Assembly: GCA_965219455.1 (NCBI GenBank)
Contig: OZ244744.1
Span: 2,784,001 to 2,848,000, forward strand
Origin: Candidatus Latescibacterota bacterium
GTDB taxonomy: Bacteria; Latescibacterota; UBA2968; GCA-2709665
Reading direction: 5' to 3'
DNA: 64,000 nucleotides
The notes beneath the pieces are model-generated. The model worked only from the letters and a program-made list of their open reading frames with translations. It had not been told where the DNA came from and ran no database searches. Shown piece by piece: positions 10,144 through 20,261 of this stretch. Numbering within the stretch: the first letter of the stretch is position 1; every line of letters starts with the position of its first letter. Position numbers and translations under genes: made by a program.

Positions 10144-11880
10144 TCAACTCTTAAACTGGCGTCTCCGAACGACGTCTTTCACGTACTCCACCAACGCATC
10201 GATTGCAACGTCTTTACGTTCCGGCTCGTTTCTCATTTTCACCTCCACCTCTCCTCGTGCCAGCCCCCTCGAACCCACCGTAATCCGGATTGGGATGCCG
10301 ATCAGGTCCGCATCGTTGAACTTCACGCCGGCCCGCTCGTCCCGGTCATCCAGAAGCACCTCAATCTCCTCGGCTTCGAGATCCCGGCAGATCTGCTCGG
10401 CCGCCTCCAACTCACCCTTCGGCCGATTGCCCGAGAGTACCACGATATGTACGTGGAATGGCGCGACCGAAATCGGCCACATGACACCCTGTTCGTCGTG
10501 GTGCGCCTCGATTACGCATGCCAGCAGTCGCCCGACGCCGATGCCGTAAGATCCCATCACCAGCGGCCGGGCCTTGCCGTCCTCGCCCAGTACTGTCGCG
10601 CCGAGTTTCTCGCTGTACCTTGTGCCCAGTTTGAAGATGTTCCCCACCTCGACCCCACGCTCGGATCGAAGCGCGGCGCCGCAAGATGCGCAGGGCATCC
10701 CCGCATCCACCGCCACCAGATCGGTGACCACGTCCGCTTCGAAATCTCTACCCGCGTTTACGTTCAAATAGTGATAATCCACCCTATTCGCCCCGGACAC
10801 CAGGTTGCCGGATGCCGCCACCAGGTCATCCACAATCACCAGCGCATCCTCCGCAATGCCGATCGGGGATCCGTAACCCGGCTCCGCGCCGATCGCCCGG
10901 ATTTCCTCCTCTGTCGCCGGCCGCATCTCAACGGCCCCGGCCGCGTTGGCCAGTTTCGTTTCGCTTAGCTCCTGATCCCCTCGCACGACCGCGAAAATGA
11001 ACCGTTCGTCTCCTTGAATGGAACCTGCCATAAACACCGCTTTGGCCGTTCGGCTCGCTGGGATGTTCAGAAACCGCGCCAGTTCCTCAATGGTCGTGCA
11101 TCCCGGCGTTGCAACTTCCTGAAGCGGTTCCGGTGTTTCCCGAATCGCGTCCTCTCTCCTATACACGGCAATCTGCCGGTTCGCGCGATACCCGCACCCG
11201 TCGCAGATCAGCAATGTATCCTCACCCACCGGATTCAAATACATGAACTCGTGCGCCCCGGTTCCGCCCATCATGCCCGTGTCGCTCTCCACCGACACCA
11301 CGGAATCCGACAGGCCAACGCGCCGGAATATATTCTCATAAGCCCGGTACATATCCTGATAGACCGAATTCAGTCCGGATTCATCCAGGTCGAAACTGTA
11401 CGCGTCCTTCATCGTAAATTCCCGCACCCGTATCAGGCCACCCCGGCTGCGGGGCTCGTCGCGGAATTTCGTCTGGATCTGAAACACGCACATCGGCACC
11501 TGGCGATAGCTCCTGATCAGTTGCCGGGCCAGATCCGTTACCGCCTCTTCGTGGGTCATGGCCAGACACATTTCCCGATCCGATCGATCTTCCATGCGCA
11601 GCATTTCCGGACCCACCTCGTACCACCGACCACTCTCCCTCCACAACTCCGCGGGCTGCACGATCGGCATCAGCAGTTCAACGCAGTCGATTGCAGCCAT
11701 CTCTTCCCGAAAAATTGCCTCAATCTTCCGTGCGACCCGGAGTCCCAGCGGCAGGGCGCTGAATATGCCCGCTGCCAGAGGACGGATCAACCCGGCCCGC
11801 AGGGCCAGTTGGTGGCTGGCCAACTCGGCGTCAGCGGGCGCCTCCCGAAGCGTCTGCGTAAACAGGCTGCTGTACCGCAT
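10144..11880 (-). CDS. proS: Proline--tRNA ligase (with INS editing domain)
   Basis: SHQLALRAGLIR, MTHEE, QTKFRDEPR.RGGLIRVREF.MKDAYSF, GNIFKLGTRYS, MGSYGIGVGR, KFNDADLIGIP. Confidence 0.97.
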   Translation of the reverse strand: MRYSSLFTQTLREAPADAELASHQLALRAGLIRPLAAGIFSALPLGLRVARKIEAIFREEMAAIDCVELLMPIVQPAELWRESGRWYEVGPEMLRMEDRSDREMCLAMTHEEAVTDLARQLIRSYRQVPMCVFQIQTKFRDEPRSRGGLIRVREFTMKDAYSFDLDESGLNSVYQDMYRAYENIFRRVGLSDSVVSVESDTGMMGGTGAHEFMYLNPVGEDTLLICDGCGYRANRQIAVYRREDAIRETPEPLQEVATPGCTTIEELARFLNIPASRTAKAVFMAGSIQGDERFIFAVVRGDQELSETKLANAAGAVEMRPATEEEIRAIGAEPGYGSPIGIAEDALVIVDDLVAASGNLVSGANRVDYHYLNVNAGRDFEADVVTDLVAVDAGMPCASCGAALRSERGVEVGNIFKLGTRYSEKLGATVLGEDGKARPLVMGSYGIGVGRLLACVIEAHHDEQGVMWPISVAPFHVHIVVLSGNRPKGELEAAEQICRDLEAEEIEVLLDDRDERAGVKFNDADLIGIPIRITVGSRGLARGEVEVKMRNEPERKDVAIDALVEYVKDVVRRRQFKS

Positions 11881-11929
11881 CCAGACTCCTTTCAGTGTCG
11901 AGCGATCTCCCGTGCTCGCGTCGCGGGTT

Positions 11930-12679
11930 TCAGAAATCAAAAAGCTTCAAGGCCGTCCTGCCCATGATCCATTCAAGTTCGTTCTCAGACAGGAACGCCC
12001 ATCGGCGGGGCATTTTTACCGCCATTTCGCAGGTTTCGTGAAGACTCACGGGGGGGAAATCGCTCCCCCACATTATCCGCTCGGCGCCGAACCGCTCCAA
12101 TGCCCGCTCGATGAATGGCGTTGCTTCGTCGTAGGGATATCCCTTCCCGAATCCATAGAATCCAGACAGCATAAATACTGTATTTTCATAGCTTGCGTAC
12201 CCCATCAATCGGTCGTACTCCGGCTCATCGGGCGTCCTGTCCACATCGGGAAACCATCCCATGTGCTCGATGCGAAACATCGCGTTCGGATACCGCTGAA
12301 TGCACTGTTCCAACCGGGGGTTGAGCATATTTGCCATGCCCCCGCTCAGACTGGCCATGATGCCCAGTTCGCCAACGGCTTCCCAGACGGCATTGTTTTC
12401 GACCGAAGCCGGTATGCGCAATCCCGCAAGATCGAATTCGGCCACTTCGCGCCGGATTCGCTTCCCCGCGTCTGCGGCATCGTAGTCCACGGCTCCCAGA
12501 GATGCGAATCGGCCCGGATAACGGTCCATACAGTTCTTTAAATAGGCGTTGTCGTGGCATCCTCCGTACTGCACCAGAAGTGCCTTGTCGATGCCGGCTG
12601 AAGCCATCTGCGCCAACAGCACTTCAACGGCGACGTACTTGGTCAACCCCACGTGCACATGGCCGTCAACAATGGTCAT
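11930..12679 (-). CDS. Amidohydrolase family protein (Amidohydro_2)
   Basis: DGHVH, IEHMG, RIMWGSDFP. Confidence 0.85.
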   Translation of the reverse strand: MTIVDGHVHVGLTKYVAVEVLLAQMASAGIDKALLVQYGGCHDNAYLKNCMDRYPGRFASLGAVDYDAADAGKRIRREVAEFDLAGLRIPASVENNAVWEAVGELGIMASLSGGMANMLNPRLEQCIQRYPNAMFRIEHMGWFPDVDRTPDEPEYDRLMGYASYENTVFMLSGFYGFGKGYPYDEATPFIERALERFGAERIMWGSDFPPVSLHETCEMAVKMPRRWAFLSENELEWIMGRTALKLFDF

Positions 12680-12744
12680 TCCATCCCTCCTCGCTGGATT
12701 ATAAAGGATCCCGTCTGTCCGCCGCATACCGCGGCCGCAGGCGT

Positions 12745-13569
12745 TTATTCAATCTCAACGACCAACCCGTCCTCCGCTACGAGAACCTCGCCGCTGTATC
12801 CGCCCCTGATCTGTTCCGCCATCTGGTAGGCCGCCGTCCGGTCGCCGGTAATGTCTTCAATCACCAGGTGTTTGATCATAACGCGCTTCACTTCGGCCTT
12901 CTGCGCGATATTCGCAATATCGGCGGGCGTGATGTGCCAGGCGCCCCACGGCTGCCGCTCCAGGAACTCCGGCGTACCCGAACACTCGATGGCGAGGAGG
13001 TCCGCACCCTTACAGAATGCCGGAAAGTCCTCATCGGGCGTTCCATCTCCCGTAATGACGACACGACGATCGCCCGCATCCACCCGGTAGGCCAGGGTCG
13101 GAATATTCCCGTGGTCCGTAAACGTGGCGGAAATCCGGTAATCCTCTCGCTCCAGAAAATAGTGTTTTCCGTCCACCTCGACCACCTCCGGATCGAGCGG
13201 CAGAATGTCCTTTCCGTGACTCAACCGGCTGCCGATGTCCTGTTGAAAGGGCGGCCGGATGATTCGCTCCACGAAATTCCGGGTGCCCTCCGGTCCATAT
13301 ATCTTCAATCGACGATTTCGCACCTTTACCCATCCCACGAAAACCAGATAGGGCACATCCACTATATGATCGAAGTGCAGGTGGGTCAAAAACAACCGAT
13401 CCACCTCCTCACAACCCACGCCCGAGCGCGCCAGGTTCGTGCTGGCGCTCCGCCCGCAGTCGAACATCAACACCTCGTCTCCGATCCGAAGCATCTGTGC
13501 CGGTCCGCCCCGACACGGGTTGTCCCGGACCGCACCGCTGCCCAGCATCACAAACGTCATTCCCGCCAT
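12745..13569 (-). CDS. MBL-fold metallo-hydrolase (RNase Z/arylsulfatase-like)
   Basis: MLGSG, FDCG, THLHFDH, TGDG, WHITP, KHL. Confidence 0.85.
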   Translation of the reverse strand: MAGMTFVMLGSGAVRDNPCRGGPAQMLRIGDEVLMFDCGRSASTNLARSGVGCEEVDRLFLTHLHFDHIVDVPYLVFVGWVKVRNRRLKIYGPEGTRNFVERIIRPPFQQDIGSRLSHGKDILPLDPEVVEVDGKHYFLEREDYRISATFTDHGNIPTLAYRVDAGDRRVVITGDGTPDEDFPAFCKGADLLAIECSGTPEFLERQPWGAWHITPADIANIAQKAEVKRVMIKHLVIEDITGDRTAAYQMAEQIRGGYSGEVLVAEDGLVVEIE

Positions 13570-13637
13570 TGCCGAACCTTCTCAATATTGACCCGCCGCG
13601 GCTTCCGAATTCCTTCGGCGCCGTGTTTCAAGGTATC

Positions 13638-14714
13638 TCAGTGCGATGAAGCAGGTTCGTATTCGTACGCCTCCAGCGTGTTTTCCGCTATTGCCTCCCA
13701 CGACAACGCCTTTGCCCGCTGAAACGCGCTTTCCGAGCAGGCCGACATGTCCCGCTCCCGGATTTCCTCCATTGCACGCCTCAGCCCATTCCTCTCCTTT
13801 GCGTCGTATATGATTCCGGAGTTATCGTCCAACAGTTCAGGAAGACAGCCGATGCCAGGCGCGATTACCGGACGCGCGAAAGACATCGCCGTTATCGCCG
13901 ATCCGGAAGTCAGCATATCCACGAAGGGCAGCACCATAACGTCCGCCGCGTTAAAGAAAAGCTGGAGTTCCTCGTCCGGGAAAAATTCCGCCGTATGCGC
14001 CAGAATTCTCGGATCGCCGGTGCGGGCCTGCGCGATCAACTGCGCGCTGTATTCGCTGTTCAACTTTGCGGCCAGGAGCAACCTCAAATGTTCGCCCGGA
14101 AGCCGGGAAAAAACCTCGATCAGCCGCTCGACGCCCTTGTAGCGTTTCACGTTTCCGAAAAACAGATAGACGAACCCATCCCCGGCAATTCCCAATTTTC
14201 TCCTGGCCTCAACGCGCGACGTCGAATTCTCGTACGCGTCTATAAAATGGCCATGGGGAATTGTAAAAATGCCTTCCGTCCGGTGAAAGTGCGCCGCCAC
14301 CTGCCCGCGGCCGTACTCGCAGTGCACAATCAGGGCCGTCGCAAGCTGCGTGATCGCAAGCCTCGCCAGACGGTCCAGCCCCGGATGCGGACGTTCGTGC
14401 GGATACAGATTATGGACCGTCCACACCACTCTGTAACCCAGGAACCGCGCGTGAGTCAGATGGCCGATCAGTTCTGCGCACCTTCTGACGCTCTCGCTCA
14501 TATGTTCCGCGTTGTACATATAGGAGGGCCAGTTCAGGTGCAATACGTCCACACGACCCCGATTGTCCACCAGCCACGATTCGCTCAGATCTTCGTCGTA
14601 TCCGGCTTCCAACTCCACCCCGAGCCGGCCCATCGCTCGCGCGAGCAATGGGCCGTAGGGGTTGTTTTTTTCGAACCCAAGCCCCGCCTTGCCCCAGTAA
14701 AATGCCACCCGCAT
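13638..14714 (-). CDS. Glycosyltransferase family 4
   Basis: WTVHNL.PHE, FFGNVKRYKG, AADVMVLPF...TSGS...AMSF.RPVI. Confidence 0.85.
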   Translation of the reverse strand: MRVAFYWGKAGLGFEKNNPYGPLLARAMGRLGVELEAGYDEDLSESWLVDNRGRVDVLHLNWPSYMYNAEHMSESVRRCAELIGHLTHARFLGYRVVWTVHNLYPHERPHPGLDRLARLAITQLATALIVHCEYGRGQVAAHFHRTEGIFTIPHGHFIDAYENSTSRVEARRKLGIAGDGFVYLFFGNVKRYKGVERLIEVFSRLPGEHLRLLLAAKLNSEYSAQLIAQARTGDPRILAHTAEFFPDEELQLFFNAADVMVLPFVDMLTSGSAITAMSFARPVIAPGIGCLPELLDDNSGIIYDAKERNGLRRAMEEIRERDMSACSESAFQRAKALSWEAIAENTLEAYEYEPASSH

Positions 14715-14812
14715 ACGGATCTCCCACGGACCCAAAAAAGCAGGTTCCTTCCACGTTTCGAACCCTGTCCCCCATTGATGGTTCACCGGTGTCGGGGTTC
14801 GCGACCCATTCC

Positions 14813-16771
14813 CTACAACAACAGTCTTCGGACAGTCTGGCTCCACCGCCTCTGAAAATACAAATCACCGTTCAAATATACGTTCAGTCCCAGATTCATC
14901 ACAAAACAATCCGCGTTGCTCGTCAGCGATCCGGTCGCTTCGGAACGCACTTCACACCCTGGCCACGCCACCGTCACCTGCTTTTTCGAACGAGACCAGG
15001 CCTCTGCCGGCGTTCGGTTCGACACCCCCATCTCTCCTTCTCCACCGAACAGAATGAAACGGTACCTGTCTTCCAGCACATCGTGAACCACCTGCCAGGG
15101 CGCGTCGCCCGACCCGGTCGGCCTTGCGGCATGCGGCGAAGGCGAATATGCAAATTCCGGATCGCTGCCACCGTTCCATACCGGCAACGTGATCTTCGAC
15201 GGGTATTCCGGCCCCCAGTGAACCGTGATCCGACCCGCCCGCGGCGTGGGCCATACGTTTGGAAAATCCGATCCGTTGATGCTGATGCCGATCCGGTGTC
15301 CCTCCCTGAATCGCCACGCCGTTGCCTCCATATGAAACGCAACCGGAGCGACTTCGCCCGGAATCAAGGGAACCGGTCGAACCATTCCCTCCCGGCGGGT
15401 CGCATTCAATATTCCCTTTGTCACGAGCACGCTTGTCCCATCCGGCGCAATCTCCAATAGCCGGACAGCTACCGGCACGACTTCCACGTCGGAGCTGATA
15501 TAAAGGCTGAATGTCGGCGTCCCCAAAATCGATACGGGCTCCGCAAGCGGCGGTGAAACAAAATTTATTGCCCGCGCCGAATCCTCTCGCTGGTCTCCCG
15601 GCAGCGTGAAGGGCGTCCCGCCGTCCCACAAGCCCCCGTGCCGGCACGCGGCCGGCAGATAGGATTCTGAAGCCGCTCCGGTTTCTGCAGCCGGACCACC
15701 AGTCAGGTTGCTGCCTTGCAAAAAGAAAGACTCGGGTGTCTGCTGAGGCAGATCGTCGGCCATCCGCCATTCGCCTGCGATCATGGTGCGATCCGTCACC
15801 GGTTCTTCAAATTCCCGCTGGTATATCTGTACTGGAGGTTCGTCCATAACGCCGTTATCCATCTTCTTCAGCCAGCGGTCCCACCAACGCAGCAATTCAT
15901 AGTAGATGTCGATTCGGGGTCCGCAGTGTGACTGATCGCCATACGAATGAGACCATGGTCCCATCAGCAGGCGTTTAGGCGACCGTAGCGACCGGTACAC
16001 CCGCATTGGCGGCGTCGGGTATCCGTCGTGCCAGCCGCCGATCAACAGGGCTGCCGCCTGAATCTGATCGTAGCGCCCGGATATGGAACCCACCGCCCAG
16101 TAGTCATCCTCCACCTGATGAGAAATCCACTTCAGCAGATAGGGCTCGTTCGTCTCAAGCCTCTGCTGCCAGAGTTCGCTCCACCGCTCGCCGACGGCTT
16201 CGCGAAACGGGGGAAGGCCGTTGCGCGCCACCATGTTCAGGCCGTAGGTCAACATGTCATAAAAGCCTCGCAGGCACCCGCCCTTGTAGTGACAGTCATC
16301 GGTATACCTTCTGTCCGTAAAATAGGCAGGCGCGATCGCCTTGAGCGCGGGCGGCGCCGTGGCCGCAACCTGCAGTGTCGTGAACCCGCTATAGGAAGTA
16401 CCCAGCATTCCCACGCGACCACTGCACCACGGCTGATCCGCCAGCCATCCGATGGCATCGTATCCGTCCTGCGTTTCCTCCGCCATATACTCGTCCATGC
16501 TCACGCCCTCCGAATTACCCGTCCCCCGCGCATTCAGATAGACAAATGCGTACCCCCGCTCTGCGAAGTACCGGGCTATCGGCGCCGTGGATCCGTCCGA
16601 TCCCCCCCGGTACGGGTCGTACCACACCAGTGCCGGAAACGCGTCTTCGGCCAGCGGCCGCGTAATCGTCGCGCCCAGCGAGGTTCCGTCACGTGTTGGA
16701 ACTCGATATTGATTGCGCGTCCGGAAACCGTACTCAGCGGTAGAACAGATTTGCCTTTTCGATAGATCCAC
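14813..16771 (-). CDS. CocE/NonD family hydrolase
   Basis: GTSYSG nucleophile motif, RGTGNSEG, GGWHD, MGPWSH; GTG start after GAGG. Confidence 0.88.
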   Translation of the reverse strand: MDLSKRQICSTAEYGFRTRNQYRVPTRDGTSLGATITRPLAEDAFPALVWYDPYRGGSDGSTAPIARYFAERGYAFVYLNARGTGNSEGVSMDEYMAEETQDGYDAIGWLADQPWCSGRVGMLGTSYSGFTTLQVAATAPPALKAIAPAYFTDRRYTDDCHYKGGCLRGFYDMLTYGLNMVARNGLPPFREAVGERWSELWQQRLETNEPYLLKWISHQVEDDYWAVGSISGRYDQIQAAALLIGGWHDGYPTPPMRVYRSLRSPKRLLMGPWSHSYGDQSHCGPRIDIYYELLRWWDRWLKKMDNGVMDEPPVQIYQREFEEPVTDRTMIAGEWRMADDLPQQTPESFFLQGSNLTGGPAAETGAASESYLPAACRHGGLWDGGTPFTLPGDQREDSARAINFVSPPLAEPVSILGTPTFSLYISSDVEVVPVAVRLLEIAPDGTSVLVTKGILNATRREGMVRPVPLIPGEVAPVAFHMEATAWRFREGHRIGISINGSDFPNVWPTPRAGRITVHWGPEYPSKITLPVWNGGSDPEFAYSPSPHAARPTGSGDAPWQVVHDVLEDRYRFILFGGEGEMGVSNRTPAEAWSRSKKQVTVAWPGCEVRSEATGSLTSNADCFVMNLGLNVYLNGDLYFQRRWSQTVRRLLL

Positions 16772-16961
16772 CGGCCATCCCTCACCTTTAGGTTGACAGA
16801 GCCATCCGGATTCAGTACCTAAAATGAGCGTGCATCGGCCCACAAAAGCAATCACAGACGGCGTGGCTTCGACTAGCTCAGCCGCCTGGAGGGGGCCCTG
16901 GTCGTTCATGACTTGCCGGATCCAACGACAATGGATCCGCTAATTTTAATCAGTCGGGGAA

Positions 16962-18794
16962 ATGATGCGTTACAGAAGCATGCTCCACTGCGTCCAGGAC
17001 CTGGAAAAACACGGCCACCTCGTCCGGATCGGGGATGAAGTCGATCCCAACCTTGAAATGGCCGAAATTCACCGCCGCGTCTACCAGTCCCGCGGCCCGG
17101 CCCTCTTTTACGAGAACGTCAAAGGCAGCGACTTTCCGGCCGTGTCAAACCTTTTCGGCACCCTGGAACGTTCCCGCGTCATCTTCCGCTCCACGCTCAA
17201 GTGGGTCAGGCGTCTTATCGAAATCAAAGCCGACCCGCCCGCCTATCTGAAAGCGCCCTGGAAAGCCGCGGGCATCGCCAGCATCGCCCTGAATATACCG
17301 CCCCGTAGAGTTCGGTCCGGTCCCGTGCTTAAACATACAACCACGATCGCCCGACTCCCGCAGATCAAGTGCTGGCAGGACGACGGCGGCGCCTTCATCC
17401 TGCTCCCCCAGGTCTACACCGAAGATCCTATGAATCCCGGTATCCTCAAATCCAACCTGGGGATGTACCGCATCCAGCTCTCTGGCAACCAATACGAACC
17501 CGACAGAGAGGTCGGTCTGCATTACCAGATCCGGCGGGACATCGGCATCCACCATACAAATGCCATTGCAAAGGGCGAGCCCCTTCGGGTCAGCGTTTTC
17601 GTCGGCGGCCCGCCCGCCCATACGTTCGCCGCGGTTATGCCCCTTCCCGAAGGCCTGCCCGAAGTCGCTTTCGCTGGAGGGCTGGCCGGCCGCCGCTTCC
17701 GATATGTACAAAAAAACGGCTTCACCATATCCGCCGAAGCCGACTTCTGCATTACGGGCACCGTCAATCCAGGCCAGACCCTGCCCGAAGGCCCGTTCGG
17801 CGACCACCTGGGATATTACAGCCTGGCACACGAATTTCCCGTGCTGAACGTCGATACCGTCTATCACCTCGAGGGCGCGGTCTGGCCCTTCACCGTTGTC
17901 GGCCGGCCGCCTCAGGAAGACACCGCCTTCGGCGAACTCATTCACGAATTGACGGGCCCCATGGTCCCCGTCGAACTGCCCGGCCTCAAGGCCATCAACG
18001 CCGTCGACGCCGCCGGCGTTCACCCCCTGCTGCTGGCCATCGGCAGCGAGCGTTACGTGCCTTATCGCGAACGGCAACCGCAGGAGATTCTCACCATAGC
18101 CAACGCCCTGCTGGGATTCGGTGCGTGCTCGCTCGCCAAGTATCTATTGATCGTCGCCGGCGAAGACAATCCGCAACTGGACATCCACAATATCAGCGAC
18201 TTTCTCCGCCATCTGCTCGAACGCGTGGACTGGACTCGCGACCTCCACTTTCAGACCCGCACCACGATCGATACCCTGGACTATTCCGGTACCGGCCTGA
18301 ACGAGGGTTCCAAGGTCGTGATCGCCGCGGCGGGCGCAAAAAGGCGGGATCTGTCCACCGAAATTCCACGCAACCTGGTACTTCCCGACGAGTTAAGGAA
18401 TCCGAGAGTCGCGCTTCCGGGCATCCTGGCCGTCGAAGCGCCGCCCTATAATACTCCTGCCGAGGCGGAAGCGGCACAACGGCTGACTGCCGCCCTGGAA
18501 TCCGCGGATCGGGCGAAGGGCTTTCCATTGATCCTGTTTGTGGACGACGCCGATTTCACCGTGCGGACGCTGAACAATCTCCTATGGGTAACGTTTACCC
18601 GTTCCAATCCCTCGCACGACGTTTACGGCGTCGGGAGTTTTATCGAAAACAAACACTGGGGCTGTCATGGGCCGTTGATCATCGATGCCCGCCTGAAGCC
18701 CCACCATGCGCCGCCTCTGGTTGAAGACCCGCAAATTACGCGGAAAGTCGATCGTCTGGGTGAGCGCAACGGCCCCCTTCACGGCATTATTTGA
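16962..18794 (+). CDS. UbiD family decarboxylase
   Basis: SNLFG, NLGMYR.Q, PEGPFGDHLGYY, VGRPPQED, DTLDYSG. Confidence 0.9.
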   Translation: MMRYRSMLHCVQDLEKHGHLVRIGDEVDPNLEMAEIHRRVYQSRGPALFYENVKGSDFPAVSNLFGTLERSRVIFRSTLKWVRRLIEIKADPPAYLKAPWKAAGIASIALNIPPRRVRSGPVLKHTTTIARLPQIKCWQDDGGAFILLPQVYTEDPMNPGILKSNLGMYRIQLSGNQYEPDREVGLHYQIRRDIGIHHTNAIAKGEPLRVSVFVGGPPAHTFAAVMPLPEGLPEVAFAGGLAGRRFRYVQKNGFTISAEADFCITGTVNPGQTLPEGPFGDHLGYYSLAHEFPVLNVDTVYHLEGAVWPFTVVGRPPQEDTAFGELIHELTGPMVPVELPGLKAINAVDAAGVHPLLLAIGSERYVPYRERQPQEILTIANALLGFGACSLAKYLLIVAGEDNPQLDIHNISDFLRHLLERVDWTRDLHFQTRTTIDTLDYSGTGLNEGSKVVIAAAGAKRRDLSTEIPRNLVLPDELRNPRVALPGILAVEAPPYNTPAEAEAAQRLTAALESADRAKGFPLILFVDDADFTVRTLNNLLWVTFTRSNPSHDVYGVGSFIENKHWGCHGPLIIDARLKPHHAPPLVEDPQITRKVDRLGERNGPLHGII

Positions 18795-18801
18795 ACGATG
18801 C

Positions 18802-20235
18802 TCAATAGAGATCATCCGCCGTCGTGACCGCACACCACCGTGCGGTAAACATCGCGTCCAGCAACGCGTTCCGGGCCCTGGGCGTACCGATGCGTCTGAG
18901 GGCCAGCGCCGCATAAAACCGGTTGTAGCGATTCTCGTCCCGCAAAACGTCAATCAGGTCGTCCACCGCCGGATCCCCCGCCTCGCCGACGTTGCAGAGC
19001 ACCAACGCCGCGTTGCGCCGTACCCGGTAATCGGGATCCTTTACGGCCCGGAACACCGTGGGCAGTACATCCTCGGAATCTGCCCCGATGGAACGCAACG
19101 CTTCCAGCGCATTGCGCCGGACCCACCAGTGATCGTCGGAAACCCTGCTGACCAGGTCGGGCACCGCCGCATCCGCTGCCGTGCCCATCCGGGCGAGCAC
19201 GTCCGCCGCCATAGCGCGAATCCACCAGTGATCGTCCTCCAGTACCTCCAGAAGCGCGGGGACAGCCGACGCGCCCATGGTTGACAATGCCCGCGCCGCC
19301 GCTCCCGGCGTGGGATTGGTCCCGTGAGCGTTGTCCGCCGTCTTTGCTGTCGTTTCCTCAATAGCAGCCAGTGTCTCCTTACGCATCGCGCCTGTTAGAA
19401 GAGGTATCGATGTTTTGTCTTTCGCGAGCGCATATGCCGCGTTTATACGCACGCACTCGTCCCCGTCGAACAGTGCCTCCTCCTCCACGTCCCCAAGCGC
19501 GTCTGAACGTCCGTTGACGGCCTGTCCGTGCATCCAGCGCCAAACATCCATGGAAACAGCCGGGTTGGCATCATCGTCCGGGGGCGTCCAGGCTTCATCC
19601 CGGTGTTTCCACGTGGGGGCCTGTGGTTCCCGAAGACGCGTAAACTGAAACTTCAGCATGTACCTTTTGTTGTTGCTGACGTTGGGCGTCGCCCGGTGCC
19701 ACGAGTCGAAATGCATCAATGTAACGATCCCGGCGTCGCCGCAGATGGAATACCCCGGCTCAAGGGTGGCTTCCGGATCGGCATTCGAAATGGTTTTGAA
19801 ATTCTGCCTGCGCGGAATCACCCCCGAAGGCCCCATGTCCCGCGTGGTATCCTGTGGGTAATAAAACGCCAGCAGCCACTGAAAGCGCGGATGTCGAATA
19901 TTGTGGTCGAAGACATAACAGTCCTTGTGCCAACTCTGCCCCCTGCTACCCGACGGATTCAGATGGCAGTGCCGGTGCGGATTCATGATATAATCGGGTC
20001 CGAGCAGGCTCGTCAACGCGCCCCGCACCACCGGCTGGTCGAACACCTGCTGAATCCGGGGCACGCGGGGCAGTATATTGTTGCCGACGTTGCCTTCTTT
20101 TTCGAATACGGTTTCGATTTCATCGTAGATCTTGCCGTGTATCTCGGGGATTGCATCCGTCTGTACCGTCGTGTAGCCGTCCAGAATAAACCGCTGAATC
20201 TGCGCATCCGTCAGAAGATGATTTGTTGCGGCCAT
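18802..20235 (-). CDS. Phytanoyl-CoA dioxygenase (PhyH) domain plus HEAT/PBS repeats
   Basis: Q.WHKD and WHRA Fe-binding motifs; D.HWW.RRNA..AL HEAT repeats at the C-terminus. Confidence 0.8.
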   Translation of the reverse strand: MAATNHLLTDAQIQRFILDGYTTVQTDAIPEIHGKIYDEIETVFEKEGNVGNNILPRVPRIQQVFDQPVVRGALTSLLGPDYIMNPHRHCHLNPSGSRGQSWHKDCYVFDHNIRHPRFQWLLAFYYPQDTTRDMGPSGVIPRRQNFKTISNADPEATLEPGYSICGDAGIVTLMHFDSWHRATPNVSNNKRYMLKFQFTRLREPQAPTWKHRDEAWTPPDDDANPAVSMDVWRWMHGQAVNGRSDALGDVEEEALFDGDECVRINAAYALAKDKTSIPLLTGAMRKETLAAIEETTAKTADNAHGTNPTPGAAARALSTMGASAVPALLEVLEDDHWWIRAMAADVLARMGTAADAAVPDLVSRVSDDHWWVRRNALEALRSIGADSEDVLPTVFRAVKDPDYRVRRNAALVLCNVGEAGDPAVDDLIDVLRDENRYNRFYAALALRRIGTPRARNALLDAMFTARWCAVTTADDLY

Positions 20236-20261
20236 CGTTCAACCTCCTCTTACGCCGGTCT

